A stretch of 64,000 bases of DNA, from NCBI GenBank assembly GCA_044229845.1, contig JBGASG010000004.1, forward strand, positions 384,001-448,000, written 5' to 3'. The notes under the pieces were generated by a model. That model did no database searches, was not told the DNA's origin, and was given only the letters and a program-made list of their open reading frames with translations. Of this stretch, positions 29,435 through 39,718 are shown in pieces (the stretch's first letter is position 1; each line of letters starts with the position of its first letter). This DNA comes from Candidatus Obscuribacteraceae bacterium (GTDB taxonomy: Bacteria; Cyanobacteriota; Vampirovibrionia; Obscuribacterales; Obscuribacteraceae). The translations under genes and the position numbers were made by a program.

Positions 29435-29553
29435 GCGCGCCGCAACAACCGATGAACGGCGCTCCGCGTCGCTCATCCGGGTGCTCTGACGAAAACGGTT
29501 GACTGACGAAACGGAATCACGTCCGCGTCATCAACCGGTAGAGTCAGGCACCC

Positions 29554-29592
29554 ACACCTCCGGACGGCCCCTCGCGCCCGGAGGTGTTTTTT
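29554..29592 (+). terminator. Intrinsic terminator
   Basis: acacctccgg...ccggaggtgt stem followed by a T run. Confidence 0.75.
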
Positions 29593-29700
29593 GATTTCCC
29601 TAGCTTCTATCTGCCATAGTATTTCAAGGACAAAGAAACCGCGCCGGATCGGCGGCACCATCCGTGGTGCACACCGATCCGGCGACAGTTTCTTGCCTGG

Positions 29701-32103
29701 TCACTTCTCGTCGCGGGTGTACTTGAAGTAGGCCCAGGCGCCCGTCAGCACCACGATGGCGGCACCGAGGAAGCTGAGGAAGCGCAGCACGTCGCTGGCT
29801 CCGCGCATATCCAGCCAGAGCAGCTTGCCGATCAGCGCGATGCACAGCAAGAGCCCGGCCGAGCGCACGAAGTACTCACGGAAAGCGAAGCCGATCACCA
29901 GCAGCAACGCCCCCTCAATCGCCCACGCCACGGTAGTGCCCGTCAGCGAAAGCAACGCAGGAGCCGTCACAGCCATGAGCACCGCCGGCAGTAGGGCGTA
30001 CGCCTCACGTGCCACGGGGGTTTCAGCTTCGGCAGCCGGCAACTGCGCGCCGACCAGCCCCGCCTGCCCATCGGTCACCGTCAGGAAACGGTAGCCGAGC
30101 CCGACCAGGGCGAGCAGCGCGGCAACACCGCCGTTAGCCAGCCAGGTCCAGGCGACCTCGTTGGCGAAAGCGTTGCCGATGCCGAACAGCGCGATGCCGA
30201 AGCCGACCGCTCCGAGATAGCGCAGCACCTTGACGCGCAGCAAGAGCCCTGCCACCGCCAGCAGTGTCGCCTGCACCGCCAGTTGCAGCACCGGCAGCAT
30301 GCTATCGGCGTGGTGCACGCAAAGCGTGAAGCCGTACATCAACACCGCGGTGGCGATGAAGTAAGCTTCCGACCGCGTCTGCACCTGTGTGTCGGTCGCC
30401 GGCCCGAGCCGGTAGATAAGACCGGCACCCAGCCCGATGGCAGCCAGCAAAGCCACCACGGGCAGACCGACCTCAGCAAAGCCGGTCAGGGCGACCAGCA
30501 CCGCACCGACGAAGAACGCGAACGCTCCGTTGGCAAACACCTGCCGCGGCGGCAGGAAGCTGACCGCCAGGAGCGCCAGCGCCTGCAGCCCCCAGACCAG
30601 GGGCAGCCACGCCGTCGGCACGTCGAGGAAGCCGACCACACCGGTGAGCGCCAGCGCCGCGCACAGGTAGCCGTGCCCGAACCACTGCTCGCTTTCCCGC
30701 CGCTCGAACCGCGCCACCTGGTAGAGCCCGTAACAGCCGGCGAAGGCGCCCGCCGCCACCAGACCAATCAGCGAACGCGCCGGAATCGCCAGACCGACCA
30801 GGTCGAAGGTGCGCTCGGAGGGGAACTCGAAGAGAGCCAGGTGCCCCACGCAGAGCGCCGACAGCACCGCCGCGAAGTAACGCAGCACCGGCATGCCGGT
30901 GCGCTTTCCGATCGCCGTCAGCGCCGCCGCCTCCAGGAGCCAGACCGCCGCCACAGCCTGTCCATCCAGCTTGAGCGGGACACAGGCAGTGACGAATTGC
31001 AGCCCCAGCACCAGCACCACTGAAGAAACCAACTTGTCGCGCCGATTGTAGAGAGGCACGGACAGCAGGTAGGCGATGCCCACGCCGAGCAGAAACACCC
31101 AGCGCAGCTCGGGGAACACGGACCCCATCTGGAACATCGTCGGAACGATGAACGCGGCGGCATTCGCGATCATCACGGCGATGATGGTGCTGCGCCGCGT
31201 GTTGCCGGCTTCGTCGCCGCCACTGAGCAGGAAGCCGATCAGGTTGAAAGCCAGCCAGTAGACGGCCAGGAACGCCCCGCAGAGCGTCAGACCGGCAGTG
31301 GCGGTGGCGGTCGATGCCATCACCTGCGGCTGGGTGAAGATGAGAAACGTCGCGTACGACGCCGCCGCGCCCACCGCGTAGACGGTGTACCAGCGCATGC
31401 GCACAGTGGACAGCACCAGCCCTGTGAGAATCAGCGCCGACGCCACCACGGAGAAGAGGCTCACCGTGCTCAGCGAAAGCGTCACGAAGGACAGCACCAC
31501 CGACAAGAGCGCAATCGGTTCGCTGCGCCGCCAGACCGCATGCAGTCCGGCTGCCAGCGCCAGCGAGAGCATGGCAATCGAGCTGGGCAAGGCGCCCTCG
31601 ATCACCCGCAAGCTCTCGATGTGGTGCGCGGCGTAGAACATGAATTGACCGACGGCGTAACCGACGGCCACGAGCGCCTGGCTCCACCAGCCGATCTTTT
31701 CGTCGCGCGACCAGCGGTCGCCGAAGAAGATCAGCCCGGCAGCGGTCAAGCCGAGCGCCGCCAGCTTGATCTCGGCACCGATGTACGAGTAGGCGAGCAT
31801 GGCGCCCCAGACGAGGGCGATGGCGAGCAGCAGCGCGCCGCCGGTGGCCATGCCGTACTTGCCGAACCACTTCTCGAATGCCAGCCAGGCATCGCGGATG
31901 GAGGTGTCGGGCACGCGCGGCTGGTCGCCAGGGGCATCGCCGCCATCCGGGGTTGACACCGGCGGCGGTGGCGCCGGCAAGGGGGTTGGCTTGGGGGCGG
32001 GCGAGTGAGTGCCGAGCTGGCGCTCGACGCCCCCCACACGCCTCTGCAGATCAGCGACTGCCGTCTCCAGCTGCTGGAGACGATCGTCAGAGTTCGAAGG
32101 CAT
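29701..32103 (-). CDS. DUF2339-like polytopic membrane protein
   Basis: N-terminal coiled coil (RLQQLE) + Pro-rich linker, FEKWFG motif, many TMs, C-terminal KLLWLDM...RFLSFLG; GGAG RBS. Confidence 0.8.
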   Translation of the reverse strand: MPSNSDDRLQQLETAVADLQRRVGGVERQLGTHSPAPKPTPLPAPPPPVSTPDGGDAPGDQPRVPDTSIRDAWLAFEKWFGKYGMATGGALLLAIALVWGAMLAYSYIGAEIKLAALGLTAAGLIFFGDRWSRDEKIGWWSQALVAVGYAVGQFMFYAAHHIESLRVIEGALPSSIAMLSLALAAGLHAVWRRSEPIALLSVVLSFVTLSLSTVSLFSVVASALILTGLVLSTVRMRWYTVYAVGAAASYATFLIFTQPQVMASTATATAGLTLCGAFLAVYWLAFNLIGFLLSGGDEAGNTRRSTIIAVMIANAAAFIVPTMFQMGSVFPELRWVFLLGVGIAYLLSVPLYNRRDKLVSSVVLVLGLQFVTACVPLKLDGQAVAAVWLLEAAALTAIGKRTGMPVLRYFAAVLSALCVGHLALFEFPSERTFDLVGLAIPARSLIGLVAAGAFAGCYGLYQVARFERRESEQWFGHGYLCAALALTGVVGFLDVPTAWLPLVWGLQALALLAVSFLPPRQVFANGAFAFFVGAVLVALTGFAEVGLPVVALLAAIGLGAGLIYRLGPATDTQVQTRSEAYFIATAVLMYGFTLCVHHADSMLPVLQLAVQATLLAVAGLLLRVKVLRYLGAVGFGIALFGIGNAFANEVAWTWLANGGVAALLALVGLGYRFLTVTDGQAGLVGAQLPAAEAETPVAREAYALLPAVLMAVTAPALLSLTGTTVAWAIEGALLLVIGFAFREYFVRSAGLLLCIALIGKLLWLDMRGASDVLRFLSFLGAAIVVLTGAWAYFKYTRDEK

Positions 32104-32453
32104 AAGTAGGTCTCCCAACGGTTCATTTCTCCCTGGGTTGCCCTGACTGGCTCACACAGCCAGTTTCAGGAACGCGCGCCGCACCGCCCCGACCGCATGG
32201 CCGGTTTGATGTTTCTGGCGAAGTCGAAGACTGTCTTTTTGAGACGTGTTGCGCTGGGCTATGGGAGAAAATGAACGGACTGTAGCCTAGACCAGTTCCT
32301 CTCCCACCAAGCAAGCCCAAGAAACAGACAAGTACCAAGCGAAGTGGCTTATCTGATCTCTAAATAATGCTGATTCAGAACTGACCACCTTGGCGACGCT
32401 TGCGAGAGCGGACGCAAGCGTCGCCGTGGTGCAGATTTAGTGACGGAGGCGCC

Positions 32454-33644
32454 TTACAGGCGCGTGATGTAGTACGAGATATCACTCGGCAGCACCGAGC
32501 CGTACGGAGAGCCGCCGTAGTAGGTGATCGGGTAATAGCCCGAAACACCATCCCATCCGTACGTCTTGAAGTTCGGGTAGGTGCCGAAGTAGTACACCGT
32601 GAAACCGTTTGGCGTGTTCGCGTACGAAGGCGTCGCGTAGTAGCTCGGGTACACGTACGACGAATACGGGCTGTAAGCCCCGTAGCTGTAGGTCGAGTAG
32701 CTGTAGCTCGGGTACGCGTACGATGAATACGAGCTGTAAGACGAGTAGCTGTACGGCGAGTAGCTGTACGGCGAGCTGACCTGCGCCGCAGGGCTCCAGC
32801 GCAGGAAGGTCTTCGCCGTGCCCGCACCACCGGCGGCACCATCGGCGACCGTCACGAAGGCATAGTAGTCACCGGCCGCCAATCCGGAAACTACATAGTT
32901 AGCGGTTTTGCGCAGCGCATCGACAGTCGCCGCGCCGGTCTTCACCACCTGCCCATTGACAGTTTGGATCACGTAGCTAGCCGTCCACGCATCCGGACCC
33001 GGGTCGGTAAACCCGGCGCTGATGGTCGCAGTCCGCGCCACTTGCGGGTTTGTCGGCGCGAAGTTGATGGCTACGAGCGGCGCCGTGACCACGGGCGCCA
33101 CGTTGCGCACCTTCACATCGAACGGCAAGGTGGTCGACAGTCCCGTGCTGTCCGTTGCCGTAACCAGTCCGTGGTACGCACCGCCGGTCTGGTTCAACGA
33201 ATCCTGTAGGTACTGTCGGGTGACGCTGAAGGCAATGCCCGAAGGCAGGTTGGTAAACGCCAGATCGGGGCTGCCGTTGCCAAATTGAATGCGCACCTGC
33301 AACGGGCCGCCGTCGACATCGGACAACGAGCAGTTGAAACCATACGTCCCTCCCTCATCAATGGTGCCGCCGGCAGGCGCCACCACCACCGGTGCATGCG
33401 GCATCCCCACCGCCGGCAGAACATTCGCGCTCGCAGTCGTTGACGGGCTGACGGACGCGACAGATGGAGTAGCGGGCGCGACGGACGGAGTGACTGACCT
33501 CACTTGAGCCGGAACAGAAGCAACGCTGGGCGAAGGTACGATGGACACCTTCGGCAGCGGGGTGAATACCGCGCTCACGCTCGGTACGTCGCGCCGTTCC
33601 AGGAGTTCCACGCAAAGCCGCCCGCGAAGATTCAGTTTCTTCAT
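32454..33644 (-). CDS. Planctomycete-type extracellular protein (LxxExLExR motif, PKD-like domains, Tyr/Ser-rich tail)
   Basis: N-terminus RLCVELLERRDVPS; beta-sandwich motifs IDEGG, VRNVAPVV, FTDPG; YSS/YPS low-complexity tail. Confidence 0.7.
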   Translation of the reverse strand: MKKLNLRGRLCVELLERRDVPSVSAVFTPLPKVSIVPSPSVASVPAQVRSVTPSVAPATPSVASVSPSTTASANVLPAVGMPHAPVVVAPAGGTIDEGGTYGFNCSLSDVDGGPLQVRIQFGNGSPDLAFTNLPSGIAFSVTRQYLQDSLNQTGGAYHGLVTATDSTGLSTTLPFDVKVRNVAPVVTAPLVAINFAPTNPQVARTATISAGFTDPGPDAWTASYVIQTVNGQVVKTGAATVDALRKTANYVVSGLAAGDYYAFVTVADGAAGGAGTAKTFLRWSPAAQVSSPYSYSPYSYSSYSSYSSYAYPSYSYSTYSYGAYSPYSSYVYPSYYATPSYANTPNGFTVYYFGTYPNFKTYGWDGVSGYYPITYYGGSPYGSVLPSDISYYITRL

Positions 33645-33973
33645 CTGAGAAACCCTCATGAGCCGCCAACAAGTTGCTGAGCCCGGACCCGACCGTTTCC
33701 CAACAAGGGAAGGTCTGGAACTGGCGGTAGTCGCGAAGCAATGTCTGCGACGGATTCAGCGCACCTGTCGGACGGCAAGAAATGGAATGCCCGCACCATA
33801 CAAAACCGGCACCGCACGGACAACCCAAAGCGATGCCACCAGTGCGTAAAACTCCCCATTGTGCGAAAAATCAGTCTCGTGCCAATTCAGCCACCGTGTG
33901 AAAACACAGTCAGCGTCGTGCTTTCACACAAATGCGCTCTACCTGCAACCGCAGATGCACCTAGCGCCCACTC

Positions 33974-34696
33974 TCAGTTCCTGCGCCGAGCAGTTACCAA
34001 ATGGTAAAGCGGCGTGCTGAAAGTTTCTTCCCCATGCTGCGCAATCAAGTATTCATTTACCGGTGCTGCCGCTTCGGGAGCAAGGTTTTGCACCACATAT
34101 TGTCCAACCCAGACGGCCACACTCGTGTGTTTACGCAGTGTACAGACAAAGCCGAGTTCTTCGAGCCGTTTTACAACCCAGATAGAATCAGGCAAGTCCC
34201 ATTCGACATGCTGCCGAATCAAACTGTTGCCTGTCAATTTGAGAACCAGCTGCTGAGCCAATTGACTTTCGACTGCCGGATAATTGAGCACCAGCATCTC
34301 GGCAGTGACGCGCGCGCATTCCTCGAGAACCTGCTCGCGCTGCGGCGGGGCGATATGTTCAAGCACATCCACAGCTGCGACGCATTGATACGCCCGGTCC
34401 GCAACACCAATATCTGCAGCACTGCCGCCGGTGGTTTCCGGGTCCAAGAGATGAAATTTTGCGGCGTCTACGAACAGAGCCAGCGCACCATCATATCCGC
34501 CCACATCAAGCACCGACCGGCTCGCCCCATCGGTGTCCGCAATTTGATCGGCAACCGCTTGCAGACGCACAAAGCGGTCCCACCCGAGTTGCTGCCGCGC
34601 GCCCAGTCCGGTGACGCCGACACTGACGATGCCTGCAAACTCGGTCTCGAAAAACTCGGTACCAGGCACAGGCTTGATGGGAACAGAGCTGGTCAT
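33974..34696 (-). CDS. Class I SAM-dependent methyltransferase
   Basis: VLDVGGYDG motif I and DVLEHI motif. Confidence 0.8.
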   Translation of the reverse strand: MTSSVPIKPVPGTEFFETEFAGIVSVGVTGLGARQQLGWDRFVRLQAVADQIADTDGASRSVLDVGGYDGALALFVDAAKFHLLDPETTGGSAADIGVADRAYQCVAAVDVLEHIAPPQREQVLEECARVTAEMLVLNYPAVESQLAQQLVLKLTGNSLIRQHVEWDLPDSIWVVKRLEELGFVCTLRKHTSVAVWVGQYVVQNLAPEAAAPVNEYLIAQHGEETFSTPLYHLVTARRRN

Positions 34697-35365
34697 GGGC
34701 AATCACAAATCTGGTTCGCCAAGAATAACAAATTGACGGAGGGCGCTACCGATGTCTCGCTGGAGGATGAGTTGCAGCATAAGAATTTTGAGGCGATGGA
34801 AAGACGCAGCCGAAATACTGCGCCGGTGAGCGATGCGGCGGAGAGCTCGTTAGATTAGACGGCGCTTTACAGTCCGCTATACATTCCGCAAAGTCGGGGC
34901 GGCAGCGAGAACGCGTCGCAGGCTGCGGGTTTCGGCCACAGTTGCAGCGGCTTGCGCTAGCGTTTCTTCCACCGGCGCAGCTCGCTTGGCTGGTGCTCAC
35001 GAAAGGCGCGCCAGCACACGTTTTGGAAGCCAAGGCATAACCGGTGATAGCGCAAGCTCACGCTCATGACAACCATCGCCTGAAAGCCGCCCCTGGAGCC
35101 ATTCGGCCTGTTTAAGGTTGTAATCAGAAGACGATCTGTCTTAGGTTAAAGGCCTCTTCCATCCATTTCCCTCAGAACTAAAGGCCTCAACCGACTAACA
35201 CGGTCCCCGGCACTTTAATCGACCCCCAAAGTCGAACTACGTTCGAGCGGAGTGATCTTGCTTGGACACTGAGTAGTGGATGGTTCCAACGGTGCTTGCG
35301 CTTAACGGTGCTGGCGCCAATTACATGTCGCTTTGTTAGAGCGACTCACCGCGAGGTAATACGCT

Positions 35366-35755
35366 ATGACGCTCAACGTCTATTGCATTGCCGCTGCCGC
35401 ATTCGGACTGTTGATGGGCTACATCTTTGCCTGGTCGACCCGTCGCAACGAACCGAACGGCACCGACATCGCGGGGATCCTTGGCATCGTTCTCGGTGGC
35501 ACGGTTCTCCAGTTTCTCGACCGCCTCGGCGGCTGTGAGGAGAAGTTCGCTCTCTACCTCATCGGCCTCGTTGCCGGTTACGTCGTCTATCTGATTTTGC
35601 TCAAGGTCAACTATCCGCATGTGCGGAAGGCCTACGAGTCGAAGTCGATGGAACCATCTCCGTTCTTCCCCTGGCTTGTCCGTGGCGCTTGCACCTGCAA
35701 TCACCCCGACAAGACAGGCACTGCGGACGGTGGCGCCCCCAAAGCCGGAGGCTGA
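35366..35755 (+). CDS. Small three-TM membrane protein (holin-like position)
   Basis: GAGG RBS, three hydrophobic segments, stop 1 nt before the GH25 start. Confidence 0.65.
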   Translation: MTLNVYCIAAAAFGLLMGYIFAWSTRRNEPNGTDIAGILGIVLGGTVLQFLDRLGGCEEKFALYLIGLVAGYVVYLILLKVNYPHVRKAYESKSMEPSPFFPWLVRGACTCNHPDKTGTADGGAPKAGG

Positions 35756-35756
35756 C

Positions 35757-36470
35757 ATGACCGTTCGGCAGGCAGAGGCTGGCACTTTCGTTCTCGGCAT
35801 CGACGTGTCTCATCACCAGAACACAGTCGATTGGACGAAAGTGCGCCAGGCGGGCTATGAGTTCGCCTTCTTCAAGGCTACCGAAGGCGGCGATTACATC
35901 GACGCCGAGTTTCGCACCAACTGGGGTGCGGCGCGCAGAGCAGGCATGCTGCGCGGAGCCTATCACTTCTTCCGGCCGAAGACGGCAGTGAGCACGCAAG
36001 TGGACAACTTCGTGCGCGCTGTCGGCGCGATCACCTCTGGTGATCTGCCGCCCGTTCTCGATATCGAAGACGCCTCCCTCTGGAAAGGCATCGATAAGAA
36101 ACGGGCCGTCGCCATGGTCCTCGAATGGCTTACCGCCGTGGAAAGCCGTTTGGGAATCAGGCCGATCGTCTACCTGAGCCCGTCCTTTGCGCGGGAAATT
36201 CTCGAAGTCGACAACCGTTTGGCCGCGTATCCGCTCTGGATCGCGAACTACAACGTCGCCACGCCCAGCGTCCCCTCCCCGTGGACTCGCTGGACGTTCT
36301 GGCAGTACTCCGAGACTGGCACCGTTCCCGGTATCGAAAACAAAGAAGTCGATATGAACCGGTTCAACGGTACTCGCGCTCAACTCGACTCGATCACGAA
36401 GAGCGTCCTCGCCCTGCGCACTGTGCGTCGGCGGCTGTGGGACATCGTGCTCTCCTGGTTCGAGTGGTAA
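35757..36470 (+). CDS. GH25 muramidase (lysozyme)
   Basis: GIDVSHHQ, KATEG, GAYHFF, PPVLDIE (DxE), LWIANY, FWQYS, VDMN. Confidence 0.93.
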   Translation: MTVRQAEAGTFVLGIDVSHHQNTVDWTKVRQAGYEFAFFKATEGGDYIDAEFRTNWGAARRAGMLRGAYHFFRPKTAVSTQVDNFVRAVGAITSGDLPPVLDIEDASLWKGIDKKRAVAMVLEWLTAVESRLGIRPIVYLSPSFAREILEVDNRLAAYPLWIANYNVATPSVPSPWTRWTFWQYSETGTVPGIENKEVDMNRFNGTRAQLDSITKSVLALRTVRRRLWDIVLSWFEW

Positions 36471-36486
36471 CGGGCCACCTGAGGCG

Positions 36487-36533
36487 CAGCGGGAGGGACA
36501 CTTGTGTCCCCTCCCCGCTGTCCTCTTTTTTTT
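36487..36533 (+). terminator. Intrinsic terminator
   Basis: cagcgggagggaca-cttg-tgtcccctccccgctg stem followed by a T run. Confidence 0.75.
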
Positions 36534-36597
36534 CAGCCTACTGCTTAGCATAGTATATCCGTTCGCACGAACAGAGCGCACGGGGCTGCACGCCATA

Positions 36598-39564
36598 CTA
36601 CCAGTGATCTCCTCGCTTGAATGTCCCGGCAGCGACTTCATTCAGCAGCGCCTTATTCTTGTCCGCCTCAGCGACATGACCCGATGCGCGCTGATAGAAC
36701 ACCAGGTCCTTCAAAACCTGTTGCAGTTGAATCATGTCCTTGCGCGTTAATTCGGTGCGCTTCTCGAGGAGCGCAGCCGCCTCCTGAAAGGTTTTCAGCG
36801 CGTCCTCGCGAAGCCGCAATTCAAACTGCAGCCGTCCGTACAACTTCAGCCGTCCCGCCGTCTTCACCGGCGGGTCTCGCTCCGCAAGCGCATCGATGCG
36901 CTGACGCAGCCGTTGCAGCATCATGGTGCGCTCCGCCGGTGTAGCAAACTTGCTGGTGAGGTTGGGCACAAACTCACTCAGTTCCCACATCTTGTCCAAC
37001 GGCGCCGAGCGATAATTTTCGGCGAGGCGATCAAACTGTTTCTTCGCCGATGCAGTGTCGCCCTTGAGCATCTGGATGTAAGCCAACCATGTCCTCGTAT
37101 CCTCGATTGTTTGCTCGTCCTCACCGCATAACCGGCGGACCGCCAGCAGCTGTTGCACCATCGGCTCGCATTCCGTTTGTCGTTTGGCAACACAAAACGA
37201 ACGCGCACAATAATCCAACGCAGTGGCAGTAATCGAGGAAATCGGGCCGGTCTCTGACTGCGCCAGCAGCAAGACTCGCTCACTGAGTTCGAGAGCGAGT
37301 TTGGGATCCTCAGCCATCTTCGATAGCACCACCAGGTACAAGTTGAGTGCAACCAGAGGTTGTGTCGATTCCAGCGCCTCCGCTTCTTTGACCATGGCTG
37401 CGCGATCGAAGGAAGTACCCGTGTAACGAAGCAACCGATACTCCCGCATGCAGGCGGGCAAATCTTCAGGAGCCAGTTTCGATAAAGGGTCAATGAGTTG
37501 CTGTAACTGTTGCGTCGCTTCGGAAACGCGGCTGAGTTTAGCCAGACAGAGCGCTTTTACCAGGTCGGCTTTCAAACGCATGCGCTGGTTGATCTCGCTA
37601 TCAGGCAGAGAAGCCACTGCTTCGGCCAACTTGAGAGCTTGCTGCGCATCCGCAGGCATGAGCGCTTCGGCCCGCACAAGATCCGCCTCTTGCGCCAGAG
37701 CCTTGTTTGAATTGCGCAGCGTGTCGGCAGCCGATTGCAACGCGCTGATCATCCCAGTGCGTTCCTGCTCAGCCAGCTCATAGCGCTTATCGTAAGCGTC
37801 TCGCAGCCGCGAATACGAAATGCGCAGCAGGCACTCGGCGTATGTCGGATCCTTGTCTCCCAGTGCCGATTTCGCTTTGACCAGAGCCGGCTCGAGCAGC
37901 GCGATTACCTGCTTGTACTCGCCGCGCTGCTGCAGCACCACAGCAGCGTTAGTCATAGACCCGATCAACTTTTGGAGGTGCGGGATCTGCTCGGCAGTCG
38001 GATGATCGCCAACGAAAGACAGGGCTTGTTTTGCCACTTCTGCCTCAGAGACTTGTCTTTGCGCCAGGTCGCCCGCCTTTTCTTTGAGCTGCTCGATCTG
38101 CCGCAAAAGCACATCGTATCCGTCTTTGTCGTTCAATATCAAAGCGATCAAAGCACGCTGCTGCAGGCTGCGTAACTGCTGCTCACGATTGCCGTCCGCC
38201 TGCGCGGTCGACTCAGCAACAACAAATTGCTCGTCTGCTTCTTTATAGTGTCCGTCGTTCATCAGCTGGGTGCCGCGCACGTCGAAGCGCTTCCACTCTC
38301 GCTTGAGCGGCAACATCAGCACCAGCTTGTCCTGGATTTTCGGCAGTTCAGAACTGAGATTTTTCGTAATCGGCACCGAGAACGCCATGCCGAGAACGCC
38401 AGTGGTGGCAATCACTGCAGCCAGCGTAGCAACATTGACGACCACACTGCGTTGACGCCCTGGCAGCGCCGATTTCCGACGGCGCCCCAGTCCCAACTTC
38501 TTGCCTGCATACAAGTTATACAGGGCATCCAAGACTTGCTGCGCTGACTGCGGACGATTAGCGGGGTCTTTCTCCAGACAACGCTCGATCAAGTCTTTGA
38601 GCGGCAGCGCATCGGAAGTTTTGTCCAGCCGCAGCGGTCTGGGCGGGGAAGAAACGTGCGCGTTCATCAAACCATATACGGTGTCTTCGGCAAACAGTTT
38701 TCGCCCAGAAAGCGCTTCGTACATGCAACAGCCCAAGGAATAAACATCAGAGCGCGCATCAGTCTGCTTGCCCATGCAATGCTCGGGGCTCATGTAGGCA
38801 GGCGTTCCGAGCGTCACACCAGTCTGCGTCAGGCTGGCGATAGACTCGCCTGCCGGCGAAGTCAGCTTCGCCAATCCGAAGTCGAGAATTTTTACTTTGC
38901 TGTTTTCAGGGACGTCATCCTCGACGATGAATATGTTTGACGGCGTCAGGTCGCGATGAATAATCCCCGCCTCATGAGCGGCGGACAGCCCGGCTAGAGC
39001 TTGCTCGAAGATTTCGAAAAACCGCTCTTTCGAAATTCCCGCCGGCGTGATCTCCTTGGACAGACTGTGTCCGTGCAAAAAGTCCATCACCAGGTACGGG
39101 CGCCCGTCCCAATGTCCGTAGTCCTGCACCGGAACTATATTCGGATGTCTGAGCTTTCTAGCTGCCTGCGCTTCTTGCTTGAATCGGGCGACTTTTTCCG
39201 AATCGAATGACAGATGCGGATGCAATAGCTTGATGGCGACCGAGCACTCCAGCTCCGGATGCCAGGCCTGCACCACGCAGCCCCAGCCGCCGACGCCAAT
39301 CACAGCATCGACGCGATAACGATCGTCGATGAAGGTGCCGAGCAGCTGCTGCTCGACCAGATCTTCATCCGTCTGCTTGAGTTCAATCGCTCGTCCGGCT
39401 GCGGCAACATCCACAACAGGAGCCGTCGGCGACGACTCGCATGCACAACGGTCGTCGCGAAAAATCCACTGCGTGACGGAGCCGACCTGTCCAATCTTGA
39501 GACCACAGCTGGCACAGGTGTCTGCTATTCGAGGTCCTTTTTGCTGCATTGCGGGACAGCTCAC
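36598..39564 (-). CDS. Hanks-type Ser/Thr protein kinase with N-terminal Cys cluster, TM and TPR-like C-terminal region
   Basis: GVGGWG, VAIK, HRDLTPSN, DFG, GTPAYMSPE, DVYSLG; CASCG...CAC at the N-terminus. True start may be the ATG of MQQKG. Confidence 0.92.
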   Translation of the reverse strand: MSCPAMQQKGPRIADTCASCGLKIGQVGSVTQWIFRDDRCACESSPTAPVVDVAAAGRAIELKQTDEDLVEQQLLGTFIDDRYRVDAVIGVGGWGCVVQAWHPELECSVAIKLLHPHLSFDSEKVARFKQEAQAARKLRHPNIVPVQDYGHWDGRPYLVMDFLHGHSLSKEITPAGISKERFFEIFEQALAGLSAAHEAGIIHRDLTPSNIFIVEDDVPENSKVKILDFGLAKLTSPAGESIASLTQTGVTLGTPAYMSPEHCMGKQTDARSDVYSLGCCMYEALSGRKLFAEDTVYGLMNAHVSSPPRPLRLDKTSDALPLKDLIERCLEKDPANRPQSAQQVLDALYNLYAGKKLGLGRRRKSALPGRQRSVVVNVATLAAVIATTGVLGMAFSVPITKNLSSELPKIQDKLVLMLPLKREWKRFDVRGTQLMNDGHYKEADEQFVVAESTAQADGNREQQLRSLQQRALIALILNDKDGYDVLLRQIEQLKEKAGDLAQRQVSEAEVAKQALSFVGDHPTAEQIPHLQKLIGSMTNAAVVLQQRGEYKQVIALLEPALVKAKSALGDKDPTYAECLLRISYSRLRDAYDKRYELAEQERTGMISALQSAADTLRNSNKALAQEADLVRAEALMPADAQQALKLAEAVASLPDSEINQRMRLKADLVKALCLAKLSRVSEATQQLQQLIDPLSKLAPEDLPACMREYRLLRYTGTSFDRAAMVKEAEALESTQPLVALNLYLVVLSKMAEDPKLALELSERVLLLAQSETGPISSITATALDYCARSFCVAKRQTECEPMVQQLLAVRRLCGEDEQTIEDTRTWLAYIQMLKGDTASAKKQFDRLAENYRSAPLDKMWELSEFVPNLTSKFATPAERTMMLQRLRQRIDALAERDPPVKTAGRLKLYGRLQFELRLREDALKTFQEAAALLEKRTELTRKDMIQLQQVLKDLVFYQRASGHVAEADKNKALLNEVAAGTFKRGDHW

Positions 39565-39585
39565 GGGAATCGAGGACTATATACC
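39546..39585 (-). promoter_or_regulatory. Conserved upstream element A (shared with 53125-53165)
   Basis: Minus strand GGTATATA-N6-GATTCCCGTGAGCTG-tccc-GCAAtGC. Confidence 0.65.
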
Positions 39586-39718
39586 ATTCCCACTTCAGGA
39601 GGAAACGGATGGAAGCCGCGAAACGCTCATGACAACCTCGATTACCAGCCGCACATCGAAATCCAAGCTGATAAACTACCGGGCGCGCAAGCGCTGAAAC
39701 CCTCCAGCAATAAGGCGG

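Noticed and set aside
28358..29476. 372-aa minus-strand ORF
   Set aside because: Shadow of the DUF4139 gene.
29486..29537. Hammerhead ribozyme (CTGACGA and GAAAC present)
   Set aside because: No proper stem II between CUGANGA and GAAA, and no correctly placed NUH; the sequence folds better as a simple rod.
33700..33780. c-di-AMP (ydaO) riboswitch suggested by GCTGAATCC on the minus strand
   Set aside because: The remaining conserved ydaO elements are not present.
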